Source of the DNA: a virus
Virus record (IMG/VR): IMGVR_UViG_3300027797_000012
Span: 32,001-96,000 of that record
Reading direction: 5' to 3' (one strand)
Length of the DNA stretch: 64,000 bases
This document shows positions 55,163-64,000 of the stretch, in pieces; the stretch's first letter is position 1, and each line of letters begins with the position of its first letter. Below the pieces are notes generated by a model, which saw only the letters and a list, made by a program, of their open reading frames with translations, was not told the origin of the DNA and made no database searches. The translations under genes were made by a program, and so were the position numbers.

Positions 55163-55486
55163 TTACTCAGAAAGATTTGCTTTTTTCTCTAGATCAATCA
55201 TGCCTACCTCATAGCCGCAACCTGCGTATCCCGCGATATCAATCCAGGTATCTCCCTGGAACCCAGATTTAGACGCGTATCGAGCGACTTTAAGACCTAC
55301 CATCATCATGGCAACGTCTTCTTGTGATAAGTCTATACCTAGTATGACTGACCAGATCTTGCCTATTCTAGCAAAGTTTTCTTCAGGAGCGCCGTACTGC
55401 GCATCTCTATCTCCAGAGATAATTTTAGCAGCTTCGCGTAGAGCTTCTACTCGGTACTGCAGAGGCTCATTTGATGAATCAGCCAT
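55163..55486 (-). CDS. DUF6378-like protein
   Basis: GDR..QYG.P..NF..I...W, DVA.MM..LK.AR, D.W.DIAGYA. Confidence 0.85.
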   Translation of the reverse strand: MADSSNEPLQYRVEALREAAKIISGDRDAQYGAPEENFARIGKIWSVILGIDLSQEDVAMMMVGLKVARYASKSGFQGDTWIDIAGYAGCGYEVGMIDLEKKANLSE

Positions 55487-55697
55487 GCTTAGTCTCTATC
55501 TTAGTGCGTATTGTTATGTAGGCAATTAGCATTCCGTCATTGTTAGGATCTTCATTAAAGTCCCTAGCCTTTAGTTCAGAATCAGGCGGCAACTCCGCAG
55601 AGTCGTTATTTACAAATCCTTGCCAACTTTTCTTTGCATTGGCAAGAATTTCATCGATGTTTCTACCACGAACAATAAGCTCTACTGTAGATCGCAT
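55479..55697 (-). CDS. hypothetical protein
   Basis: Tightly coupled within the operon. Confidence 0.65.
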   Translation of the reverse strand: MRSTVELIVRGRNIDEILANAKKSWQGFVNNDSAELPPDSELKARDFNEDPNNDGMLIAYITIRTKIETKHG

Positions 55698-56116
55698 TAG
55701 CGAACTCTCTTCTCTAGTTGGTGCGGTGAATAGTGTGCCCCGTCTAAGATAGGTTCTTTATCATCTGTAGACTTAAATATAATGTCGCCGTAACGGATTC
55801 CTACAACCTTACCGCGTCTCCCGTTGTGAATACCGCCGGTTGCGCCGTCGTACGCGTCAGCCTTGACACGCACGTCGTCACCTAGACTAATTGCGCCTGG
55901 TTGCGCATCAACCCATAGCTCATCAGGATTATTTTTTACTGCGGCATGCCCAAGAGAAAGACGGCTAAATAGCGCTATAACTTCCTTTTGCTGGTTTACT
56001 GATAGGGTAATATCTTTCCAAGTTGCAAGAAGTTTAAGTGTAGCATTACCGATACCTACTTTAGTCTTTGCATCTTGCATTTCAGATCTGACCCATTCAT
56101 CGTTGACTTCAGGCAC
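55697..56116 (-). CDS. hypothetical protein with C-terminal SH3/KOW-like domain
   Basis: GDDVRV...HNGRRGKVVGI. Confidence 0.65.
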   Translation of the reverse strand: MPEVNDEWVRSEMQDAKTKVGIGNATLKLLATWKDITLSVNQQKEVIALFSRLSLGHAAVKNNPDELWVDAQPGAISLGDDVRVKADAYDGATGGIHNGRRGKVVGIRYGDIIFKSTDDKEPILDGAHYSPHQLEKRVR

Positions 56117-56594
56117 TGTAGTCTACCTCCTTAGGTAAGCACTTTGCGCACATGTCTGGGCTAGCGCCTCTACCAACGTCGTCGATAGCTCTAGTGCACA
56201 ATGCACATTTTACGCCTTCTTCTTTAACTTTGTACCCTTTTAGCTGTCTTTCTTTATTGCGCTCCATTTTTTCAAGATAGAACTTGTCAAGCATTTCGTC
56301 AGTTCCGCCAGCTGCAACAATGATATTAGCCACAAAGTGTAGAACATCAACAGCTTCTTTGATTACTTCTTCTCTATCAGCGTAAGGTTGGTCGTGTTGC
56401 CAAGGCTTCCACGAGATTGCTTGGCGCATCTCTGCAAGTTCATCGTCTACCGCAAGCATGTTCCAGCGCAGGTACTCAACGAACCGACGTATATTCTGAG
56501 GCTTATCGCCTTCCATATCTTCGTAGTTAATAAAGTACACGTCTTTTTGTAGATCTTTTGTTCTTTTTAGCCATGAATTAAACAGAATAGTCAT
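56109..56594 (-). CDS. all-alpha NTP pyrophosphatase (dimeric dUTPase/dCTPase-like)
   Basis: DELAE....WKPW, KEAVDVLHF, Y..K...N..RQ..GY. Confidence 0.85.
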   Translation of the reverse strand: MTILFNSWLKRTKDLQKDVYFINYEDMEGDKPQNIRRFVEYLRWNMLAVDDELAEMRQAISWKPWQHDQPYADREEVIKEAVDVLHFVANIIVAAGGTDEMLDKFYLEKMERNKERQLKGYKVKEEGVKCALCTRAIDDVGRGASPDMCAKCLPKEVDYSA

Positions 56595-56597
56595 ATA

Positions 56598-57617
56598 CTA
56601 ACCTTTCTTAGAATATAGTTTAAGTGCACTTGACAGCGCGATTGCTGCATCGGTGCGAGTTGGTATTGCGTTTACATAGTCCTTACGTTGTTCTTTAGCA
56701 AGTGCGTTTCTTTCTTCTTGAGACATATCTTCTATCTTTGAAGCTAGATGCGCCCATGAACTGCCAATAGCGCTACTCTCTCGCCAATCTGTAGCTACAG
56801 GGGTTAACGTATTTATACATTGTATAAGTCTGTATGACCACCACGTGCCGTTTAGGTGCGGATTGAACAAGGCTCCTACGCCGGCAGCAATTTGATTTTC
56901 TACCTGCATGTCTGTCCAACCTTTATGCCACTTCATAGGAACCGTAGGTCTTTGTAAAGTAGCAGTTGTTGATTTTACCCACGATGATGAATAGTTTTCA
57001 ACTACCCACTTTTCACGGCGTTCTAGCTCGATAACATCTTGATTGTTTATAAGATAGGAATCTAAACTTATAGGAATTAGTGAAGCAGCAGCGCCTTTCG
57101 GCAGTTGAGCAGCCACCTTACTTACGTCCTGCCACGGAAGGGAAGGATAGAGCGTTGTTGGCCATTCTTTAGTAAGTAGGTGCTCTACTACGTCTAATAA
57201 GTTTTGAAGCATGTTTGGCTGCGACGCTGTGTCATATCCTTTTCTATACGAATAGAAAGGTTTAGTTAAGTTATCCGGTGTCTTTACTATTGCACGAAGG
57301 CTAGACGTAATCCGGTTTGGCTCCGGCGCGTCTAAGAAAAGAACTAGCTTATCGGTGTCAAGCAATACGTCTATAACGCTTAATGCGCCATAGACTCTGT
57401 TTGCGCTTAAGCTTGTCAAAGGGCTTAGCCCAACTAAAACGGAGTCGTACTCATTTAAGTCTTTAGTGTTCCATGAGACTTCAGGATCTAGTTGCACTAC
57501 GTCATGTCCTTGAAGAACTAGCACAGTCCTTATTACACTTGCAAACGACGCAGATCTGGCATTTGCAGTTTCGGATGCGTGCGAAGCTGACATACCAGTT
57601 ATAAGAATTTTGCTCAT
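56598..57617 (-). CDS. GT-B-like protein, degenerate paralogue of 57614..58825
   Basis: KILITG, GHDV, DL..YD.V.V.L.PL.SL, GAL, WWS.R. Confidence 0.6.
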   Translation of the reverse strand: MSKILITGMSASHASETANARSASFASVIRTVLVLQGHDVVQLDPEVSWNTKDLNEYDSVLVGLSPLTSLSANRVYGALSVIDVLLDTDKLVLFLDAPEPNRITSSLRAIVKTPDNLTKPFYSYRKGYDTASQPNMLQNLLDVVEHLLTKEWPTTLYPSLPWQDVSKVAAQLPKGAAASLIPISLDSYLINNQDVIELERREKWVVENYSSSWVKSTTATLQRPTVPMKWHKGWTDMQVENQIAAGVGALFNPHLNGTWWSYRLIQCINTLTPVATDWRESSAIGSSWAHLASKIEDMSQEERNALAKEQRKDYVNAIPTRTDAAIALSSALKLYSKKG

Positions 57618-58825
57618 GCTGGCGTCCCGTCAGCGTTACGCTTAACGCCTTTGTCCTCTGCAACAGCGCGCTCGATGATGCGATTGCAATGTTCTACAAA
57701 CGCGGAGTACTCCGGGATATATGGAGCAAGTGCGGCGCGTTGAGCCATAGCCGCTTCATGTAGCTCTGTATCAGACATTTTCTCGACATCTGTAATCTTT
57801 AACTTATACGCATCGCCAAGTGGATCCCCTTCACCCTTATCGGTGACAAGTATAGAACCCACATGCGCTGCGTATAGGAAGCGGCTGCGCCACCAGCCAG
57901 AGCCCGCGTGCGGATACGGCGGAGAAAGAATACCCCAGTGATGATTATAGAATTCAATAACGTCTTGTTCAGTGTCAAAGCGTTGTCCGCCAAGTTTTTT
58001 AATAAGCTTACGACTTCCAACAATTTCAACCGGCCAGTCTGGATTTTTCTTTTCTAACCAAGTATCATGTGGCATAAGAGCTCCAAGCACCCATGCACGC
58101 TTCTTGCTTGTCGGTGGCAGAGGAGTAACTGGTTGCAACGTTGGGACAATAGTTGCCGTAGGGTCTAGAGCTTCGATAGGGCCAACTTCATCAGGCATAC
58201 GCTTACGTACACTAGATCTATCTCCGAAAGCGTACATAGGGCACACTGGAACCATACCAGCAGCCCATCTATCAGCAAGTAAGTCGCGAGCAGCTTCAAC
58301 TAAACGCTTCTCGTAAGGCTTAATGTTTTCGTCGTTGTCCATCATATAGTAGCGTTCGATGTAGCACTTTTTTGCCGCCGCAGGATTTAATTCTTTAACT
58401 CGCTCGAGCGCTGCCTCGATGTCTGCGCGACTAAAATAAGTTGCGCCTTCTTCACCGCGATGCTCAGTTCCTACAAGCAGATGCTTATACAACATCTCCG
58501 GTTTACGAATAAGCGCACGTGCACCGTTAAACACTGTGTTAAACTGCCAATCATCAAAAAATCCTACACAAGGAATACCAGATGACAGTGCGTATAGCGC
58601 GCCCATCGCACCTTGACGACCATTCAACGAGTTAAGTGGTGCAAGATTTATCCACAGTACATCATAACTAGAAAGATCTTCGCCTGGAGTAATTTTACGC
58701 CAGTCAACATCATGTCCAGCTTCGCGCAGTGCTTTAGCGACAGACGCAGGTACGTCAATCTTTTGTATTGTGCGTTTTTCTGTGTTGATCTGCAACGCAG
58801 TGAAACCACTCATCAATACCTTCAT
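57614..58825 (-). CDS. GT-B-like glycosyltransferase, candidate DNA-modifying enzyme
   Basis: AL..AGHDV, FDDWQ, GIL.PPY.HAGSGWWR.RF; located in the replication operon. Confidence 0.65.
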   Translation of the reverse strand: MKVLMSGFTALQINTEKRTIQKIDVPASVAKALREAGHDVDWRKITPGEDLSSYDVLWINLAPLNSLNGRQGAMGALYALSSGIPCVGFFDDWQFNTVFNGARALIRKPEMLYKHLLVGTEHRGEEGATYFSRADIEAALERVKELNPAAAKKCYIERYYMMDNDENIKPYEKRLVEAARDLLADRWAAGMVPVCPMYAFGDRSSVRKRMPDEVGPIEALDPTATIVPTLQPVTPLPPTSKKRAWVLGALMPHDTWLEKKNPDWPVEIVGSRKLIKKLGGQRFDTEQDVIEFYNHHWGILSPPYPHAGSGWWRSRFLYAAHVGSILVTDKGEGDPLGDAYKLKITDVEKMSDTELHEAAMAQRAALAPYIPEYSAFVEHCNRIIERAVAEDKGVKRNADGTPA

Positions 58826-58907
58826 GTCCACTACCTTTCTAAGTAGATTTGGAATATCATCTACGCACTGTACCAGGAATAGATGATAGACCAGACTTAC
58901 TTAGTCT

Positions 58908-59468
58908 TTAGAATGGAGCAGCCGGCGGAGCTGCAACGACTGGAGCTTCTGCTACAGCCGGCGCAGGTGCAGGCGCCGGAGCTGGCGCGGCTGCCGGTGA
59001 AGGTGCAGGTGCAGGTGCCGGAGCTGGCGCGGCTGCTGCCGGTGTAGCGCCAGGTGTTGTAGCAGAAGGATAGTACTGCTTAATTTCGTTTTTCTTCTGA
59101 CCTTGCCAGGTACGTGATGTTACCTGTGCACGGAAAGAACGTCCACGAATTGCTTGCTCGATTTGAGCGTTTGAAGGGTTGGTTGCAAAAAATTCACGAC
59201 CAAGACCTAGAGCGTACATCTTACGAAAGAACATGCCTAGTGCAGCATTGTTGTCTGGAGTAACTACGAGGTTATCCCAAACAAGACGCTTAGCATGCGC
59301 TCCGTTTTGTACTTGTGCCTTAACGGCAAACATAGTCTTGCCTGATTGCGAGACCTTTGCGGTAGCTTCTACAACTAGTAAGTCGTAATCGCCATCTGGT
59401 AGTGGATCATAGCCAGTTGAAACTTCGCCGGCATCTTTAACTAAATCGCCCCAGTTAAGAGTACTCAT
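58908..59468 (-). CDS. DUF669-like putative ssDNA-binding protein
   Basis: PLPDG.Y, S.SGK.M, Ala/Pro linker, terminal PF. Confidence 0.8.
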   Translation of the reverse strand: MSTLNWGDLVKDAGEVSTGYDPLPDGDYDLLVVEATAKVSQSGKTMFAVKAQVQNGAHAKRLVWDNLVVTPDNNAALGMFFRKMYALGLGREFFATNPSNAQIEQAIRGRSFRAQVTSRTWQGQKKNEIKQYYPSATTPGATPAAAAPAPAPAPAPSPAAAPAPAPAPAPAVAEAPVVAAPPAAPF

Positions 59469-59470
59469 CT

Positions 59471-60244
59471 TTAGTCATTTCCTTTCGTTGTTGGAGTTGC
59501 TTGTGGTGTTGGCCCGAAGATCATGTCTAGCATGCGCTCGATTCCAAGGTTTTCTTGTTCAACGATCTTTCCAAGTCGACCTTGTACTCGCTCGCCTGCT
59601 TCGTATTCGTCTGTGCGTTCTACGTACATACGACGTGCCTTAAACGGTGATTGCAGTGGATCTGGATTTGGAAAAGTTTCCACTGTAATTGCGCCAAGGA
59701 TGTCATAGAAGTAAGGTGCTTGAATTGCGAGCTGACCCTGTAGGTACGGACGTGAACGTCCGTCTGCTCCAGGACGCGCCATAGCAGTCAATACAACAGC
59801 TTCTAGGGGCTGTGTAGGGTGCATTGTTAAGTCACGCAGGTCACGCAGTAGCGCACCCATGTGACGAAGCAACTCGCCCCATTGTTGCATTTTCATCTGT
59901 TCAGTACCCGCAATTGAATCCATGCACTTCACTTGAAGTTCAGAGATGGAGTCAATGATGAGTGACTTGAACTGATGCTTTCCAGTTTGTAACCACTGGA
60001 ATGTTTTGAGAACAACATCGTAATCGCGAACGTTAACGACTACAGTATCCCAAGTGCCATCGGCAACTGGTGGTTCTTCTCGGATAGGGTCCCAATACTT
60101 AACGGTGATAGGTAGGAACCGATGCCCACCTTCAACATCAAGCATGAGACGTGGATACGGCGCGGTTACGGCGAAGGTTGATTTACCAACCTTTGATTCT
60201 CCGTAAACCATGATAGTCAGCGAACGTTGTACGTCAGACATCAT
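59471..60244 (-). CDS. AAA_24 / Sak4-like ATPase
   Basis: YGESKVGKST, LDVEGG, IIDSISE. Confidence 0.85.
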   Translation of the reverse strand: MMSDVQRSLTIMVYGESKVGKSTFAVTAPYPRLMLDVEGGHRFLPITVKYWDPIREEPPVADGTWDTVVVNVRDYDVVLKTFQWLQTGKHQFKSLIIDSISELQVKCMDSIAGTEQMKMQQWGELLRHMGALLRDLRDLTMHPTQPLEAVVLTAMARPGADGRSRPYLQGQLAIQAPYFYDILGAITVETFPNPDPLQSPFKARRMYVERTDEYEAGERVQGRLGKIVEQENLGIERMLDMIFGPTPQATPTTKGND

Positions 60245-60274
60245 TGTTTCCTTTCATCTCTTGTTTGTGTAACA

Positions 60275-61201
60275 TTAGTCTGTTGTCTTTTCTTCTACGC
60301 CATAGTAAGCATATGGATTAGAAACTTCAAATGCGTCTTCTAACGCGGCCTCAGCAGCACTTCCATCGTCAAACATAGGACATATAGAGAAGAATGTACA
60401 TTTCCATTTGCAATCGCGTGAAGGACTTGGGTACGCCGTAAAGCGGTGATCTGTGCCTTCGTCTAGCGCCTTACGTGTTGCAAGCATATCGGTAAGTGTT
60501 CCATGGATACGTTGCCAGAATGATCTTAAAGCAAAGACGTTATGTCGAACTTCCATCTGCTCGTAGAAGGGAGGGCGCGCATTAGCCGAACGCTTAACTT
60601 TCTTAAGCATAGTAAACAGTCCGCCTTCAGAGCGTTCACCTTCTTTGTTCTGTGCTGTCTCAAGAAGCATATAGGTAAGAATCTGTTCGTTCATGTGCGC
60701 CATTGCTGTAAAGTCGGTAAATGACCCACCTACTGTCTTAAAGTCACGGAACATACGCACACCGTCAGCCTTACGACGAACACGCATATCAATCTTACCT
60801 TGCAGGATAACCTTGCCGTCAAAGAGTGGCATTTCAATAATCTCTTCTGTAGAGATCATTTCAAGCTCGGCATCAATGCCGTTTTCTTCAACCCATTGTA
60901 GGTAACCTTCAAGCATAATGCGCCCTAGCTCGGCTTCTGAATCTAAATCGAAAGTATCTCGGCCTTCGTTCTCTAGTAGAATTTTGTCCTGTTCGACTAG
61001 TTGCGCATGAGCTTCTTGTAGAGGTATCTGCTTAGAGTAGTACATGTCCAGCGCTTCATGGACGCGTGAACCTAAGGCAAGTGCGCCTGTGAATGACTTT
61101 TGTTTTGGCTGTAGGCGACGATAGTAACTTAACCACCAGCGTCTCTTACAATCTTTGTAAGTTTGAATCTCGGAGTTAGAGATTCTTATAGGTTGTGTCA
61201 T
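60275..61201 (-). CDS. PD-(D/E)XK exonuclease (Cas4/RecB-like)
   Basis: S.S....Y..C.R, G..VH, GKID, DFKT, C-terminal Cys cluster. Confidence 0.9.
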   Translation of the reverse strand: MTQPIRISNSEIQTYKDCKRRWWLSYYRRLQPKQKSFTGALALGSRVHEALDMYYSKQIPLQEAHAQLVEQDKILLENEGRDTFDLDSEAELGRIMLEGYLQWVEENGIDAELEMISTEEIIEMPLFDGKVILQGKIDMRVRRKADGVRMFRDFKTVGGSFTDFTAMAHMNEQILTYMLLETAQNKEGERSEGGLFTMLKKVKRSANARPPFYEQMEVRHNVFALRSFWQRIHGTLTDMLATRKALDEGTDHRFTAYPSPSRDCKWKCTFFSICPMFDDGSAAEAALEDAFEVSNPYAYYGVEEKTTD

Positions 61202-63000
61202 AGCTTTCCTGCCTTATCGTCTTTGAGTAGTGAGAGAAGCTTGTCTTTATCTTTTACGATTTGTTCAAAGTTATCAGCCTTAGTTGATAGAACTTGGATA
61301 ACACGTTCTTCAATTGAGCCGTCTGTAACGTAATCTGTAACAATAATCGAGTCGTGGATCTCAGAACCGATACGGTGCACGCGGTCAAGCGCTTGTTTGT
61401 GGTCAACAAGTGACCATGGACGTTGCAGCATTACTAAACGACGAGCTGCAGTTAAAGTAATTCCAACTCCGCCAGCCTGCGCGGTAAATAGAATCCACTT
61501 TAGCTTGCCCGACTGAAAATCATCAACCGCTTGCTGACGTTCATCTTCGTTCTGTGCTCCGGTTATCAAACCGTGAGGGATCTTAGCCTTTGTCATTTCC
61601 GCGCTTAATAACTCAATTAACTGACGCGATACTGCGCAGACTGCGACAGAATCATCGCCAAAATCTCCGCTGTTTATGTCGCTCATTAAAGAATCTACCT
61701 TGCAAGAAGGCTCAGCAAGTATGGCGCGCATCTCGCCGGTGTCTTCGTTTACGTCCATGGTTGCATATGAACTTGCAAACTGGAGTAGGCGAATAGTTTG
61801 AGTAAGCGCTGAAGGTGCGGTAATCGCATCTCCAGACTCTAACTCTGCAATCATGGTGTCGCGCATCTGGTCATAAGCCTTCTTTTGCTTAGTCGACATC
61901 TCTATATCGCGACGTTCAAACATCATTTCAGGTAACCATGGCAAAACTTTTGCCTTAAGCATACGACGCATACGTGGATTGACAGTTGCGTAGAACTCTT
62001 GTTCCATGTGTGGCTTTACGCCTAAAACCATCATGCCACCGAAGGCATTTAACATTACGTTAACCATACGATCAACCCAACGGGTCTTGCTTGGCCACTC
62101 TTCAGGTGATAGCCAGTGAAGGATAGACCATAGATCTAAAACGTTGTTTGCGATAGGTGTTCCCGTTAACGCAAAGCGAATATCCGCGTCGCCTGTTGCA
62201 GCCCACAAAGCACGAGATTGCTTTGACTTTGGCTCTTTAGAGCGGTGTATCTCATCAGCAATCACTGCCTTAAAGTCGATTTCGTTAAGTTCCCGCTTGT
62301 GAACCTCGCAACGATTTATTGTTGTTTTATCATCGTGCCCGCCGCAGTCTGTACAACGAGCTAAGGCAACCGAGCCATAAGGTGCAAGACGCGAGTGAGA
62401 GCGCAAGGACTCCCAGTTAATAACGTATACGTCAGCCTCGCCCTCGAAGATCTTCCTACGCTGAGTTGCAGAGCCTTTGATAACTTCAACATCAACACCA
62501 GGCCACCACATATCAAACTCGCGCTTCCAGTTTTTCTTTAATGTGTTAGGGCAAACGATAAGAGCAGGGAAAACATCTTCGCCGTTGTCTTGTAGTTGCT
62601 TTAATGCTCTAATTGCCTGGGCTGTTTTACCTAAACCAGGCTCATCTGCTAATAATGCTCTACGGGCTACCGATAGGAATTTAACGCCCGCACGCTGGTG
62701 CGGGAACAGGTCCTCGTTACCCTCTTCAAGGGTTTCTAGGTCACGAAGTTCATTGGCTGGGGTAATACGTGTAGTCACTTCGTTGGTTGCCCAGGAGGCC
62801 AATCTAGGGCCAATCTCAAGGTCAGTCTTAAAGGTAGATCGCAACGCTAAGCATGTTGCCCATGACGTAGGGACAGCCCACACCTGAGTCTTTGCGTCCC
62901 ACTTCGCTCCTGGAATACTCTTGCAAAGCTCCTTGAGACGCCACTCGGTGTTTATTATTACGTGCTTGCCCGATTCATCGAGCTCTACGTTTACTGGCAC
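61198..63000 (-). CDS. SNF2-family helicase
   Basis: DEPGLGKT, DEIH, LTGTP, QA.DRVHRIG. Confidence 0.95.
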   Translation of the reverse strand: MPVNVELDESGKHVIINTEWRLKELCKSIPGAKWDAKTQVWAVPTSWATCLALRSTFKTDLEIGPRLASWATNEVTTRITPANELRDLETLEEGNEDLFPHQRAGVKFLSVARRALLADEPGLGKTAQAIRALKQLQDNGEDVFPALIVCPNTLKKNWKREFDMWWPGVDVEVIKGSATQRRKIFEGEADVYVINWESLRSHSRLAPYGSVALARCTDCGGHDDKTTINRCEVHKRELNEIDFKAVIADEIHRSKEPKSKQSRALWAATGDADIRFALTGTPIANNVLDLWSILHWLSPEEWPSKTRWVDRMVNVMLNAFGGMMVLGVKPHMEQEFYATVNPRMRRMLKAKVLPWLPEMMFERRDIEMSTKQKKAYDQMRDTMIAELESGDAITAPSALTQTIRLLQFASSYATMDVNEDTGEMRAILAEPSCKVDSLMSDINSGDFGDDSVAVCAVSRQLIELLSAEMTKAKIPHGLITGAQNEDERQQAVDDFQSGKLKWILFTAQAGGVGITLTAARRLVMLQRPWSLVDHKQALDRVHRIGSEIHDSIIVTDYVTDGSIEERVIQVLSTKADNFEQIVKDKDKLLSLLKDDKAGKL

Positions 63001-63088
63001 CTTTTACTTATCCTTTCGTCGTTATGTCGCTATACTAACAGGAAACTACAGAAATGTTATTACATTTTCACTTAGTATGTAGTTTTTA

Positions 63089-63541
63089 TCATTGAAGCAG
63101 TCTTCTAGGAATCCAACCGAGCTTTACGCACTGTAGCAAGGCGTGTCGTATCGCATCAAGAGCGTGTCCTTCGCCGCCTACATACCAATACTCAAGCTTC
63201 TTAAGTTTAGAATTATCAAACATTGCCTTGGCGTCGGAAGGTGACTGAAGGATGATGTCATCTGCCTTTCTTCCCGCGTCCATAAGACATTGCTTGAGAA
63301 TACCAATTTGCTCGAGGCTGTACGGAGCCTGCGACTTTTTTGCCGTCTGAGCGTTAATGATAAAGCGCTCGCAGACAATAATTACGTCAGGGTACTCAAC
63401 AAGAGTGTCACGAATAGGCTTAGCGTACTCTTCTTGTTGATACTCTCCAGCCCAGAGCAAGACAGGTTCTTCACCGCGCTCAAACGAGAACAATGTCATG
63501 CCTGTTGCCTTGCCTGGATCTACTGATAAGATTACCTTCAT
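63089..63541 (-). CDS. RuvC-like / RNase H-fold Holliday junction resolvase
   Basis: VDPGKATG, CE.F, H..DA.RH. Confidence 0.75.
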   Translation of the reverse strand: MKVILSVDPGKATGMTLFSFERGEEPVLLWAGEYQQEEYAKPIRDTLVEYPDVIIVCERFIINAQTAKKSQAPYSLEQIGILKQCLMDAGRKADDIILQSPSDAKAMFDNSKLKKLEYWYVGGEGHALDAIRHALLQCVKLGWIPRRLLQ

Positions 63542-64000
63542 CGATACTTTTCTCCCCAGTTCTCCATAGGTCCGTCAATTCCAGATGTCAAAGGTACAGC
63601 CCAGCCTTCGGTTGTAGTCATGCACTGCTTTACAATTTTCATAATCTCCTGCGCGTCCTCGCGCGGAGCATTGAGTACAATTTCATCGTGCACTGGGACG
63701 ATAAGCAGTTCAGTTAATTCTGCCTGATCTAGCTTTATTAAGTTAGACTTAAATACCTCGGCAGCTCCACCTTGAATTAAATAGTTAACAAGTGTGTATA
63801 CTCGATCTTCATCGCAAGGCAAGCGTCTGCCAGTCCATGTGTAGACGTAGCCTTGGCCTTCTGCTTTAAGTCTACGCATACCGGCGTCTTCAATTTGTTT
63901 TTGAAAGAGTGACATACCAGGGAAGCGCATGTCGAACGCGTCTGAAACAGTTCTCATCTGACCTTCTGCTACACCAGCTGTAAGTGCTTGTTTTGCGACG
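63538..64000 (-). CDS. polA: family A DNA polymerase, C-terminal part (runs off window)
   Basis: GRR, NYLIQG.AA, motif C VHDEI. Confidence 0.9.
   Translation of the reverse strand, partial: VAKQALTAGVAEGQMRTVSDAFDMRFPGMSLFQKQIEDAGMRRLKAEGQGYVYTWTGRRLPCDEDRVYTLVNYLIQGGAAEVFKSNLIKLDQAELTELLIVPVHDEIVLNAPREDAQEIMKIVKQCMTTTEGWAVPLTSGIDGPMENWGEKYR

Overview
The whole window reads as part of a large tailed-phage genome, most likely infecting Actinobacteria. It carries three whiB paralogues, DUF3039- and MSMEG_6728-like genes, a class II RNR and many leaderless TANNNT promoters; no host housekeeping operon is visible. Layout: (1) 0.1-3.4 kb, small minus-strand genes including a terminase-small-subunit candidate and a holin-like gene, then an AT-rich divergence point with iterated inverted repeats. 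(2) 3.8-23 kb, an accessory region: PA14/FN3 stalk protein, cytidylyltransferase, tRNA-Gly, FN3-repeat protein, WhiBs, NrdJ, AdoMetDC-like enzyme, thioredoxin, three paralogous Gly-rich genes and a serine recombinase. (3) 23-29.5 kb, endolysin, secreted HNH nuclease, primase-helicase and metallophosphoesterase. (4) 29.6-52 kb, four Gly-X-Thr collagen-like fibre genes and an Asn/Pro/Thr repeat protein, followed by a hydroxylation/glycosylation/methylation cluster. (5) 52-64 kb, the replication-recombination operon with an embedded putative DNA-hypermodification module. Two candidate systems stand out: a virion-fibre modification pathway (prolyl-hydroxylase-like + Skp1-type GlcNAc transferase + split COLGALT-like genes), and an atypical C5-cytosine transferase with a motif X Asn-to-Lys change, encoded with two GT-B paralogues and a dNTPase. 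All family calls are by-eye motif recognition; no searches were run.
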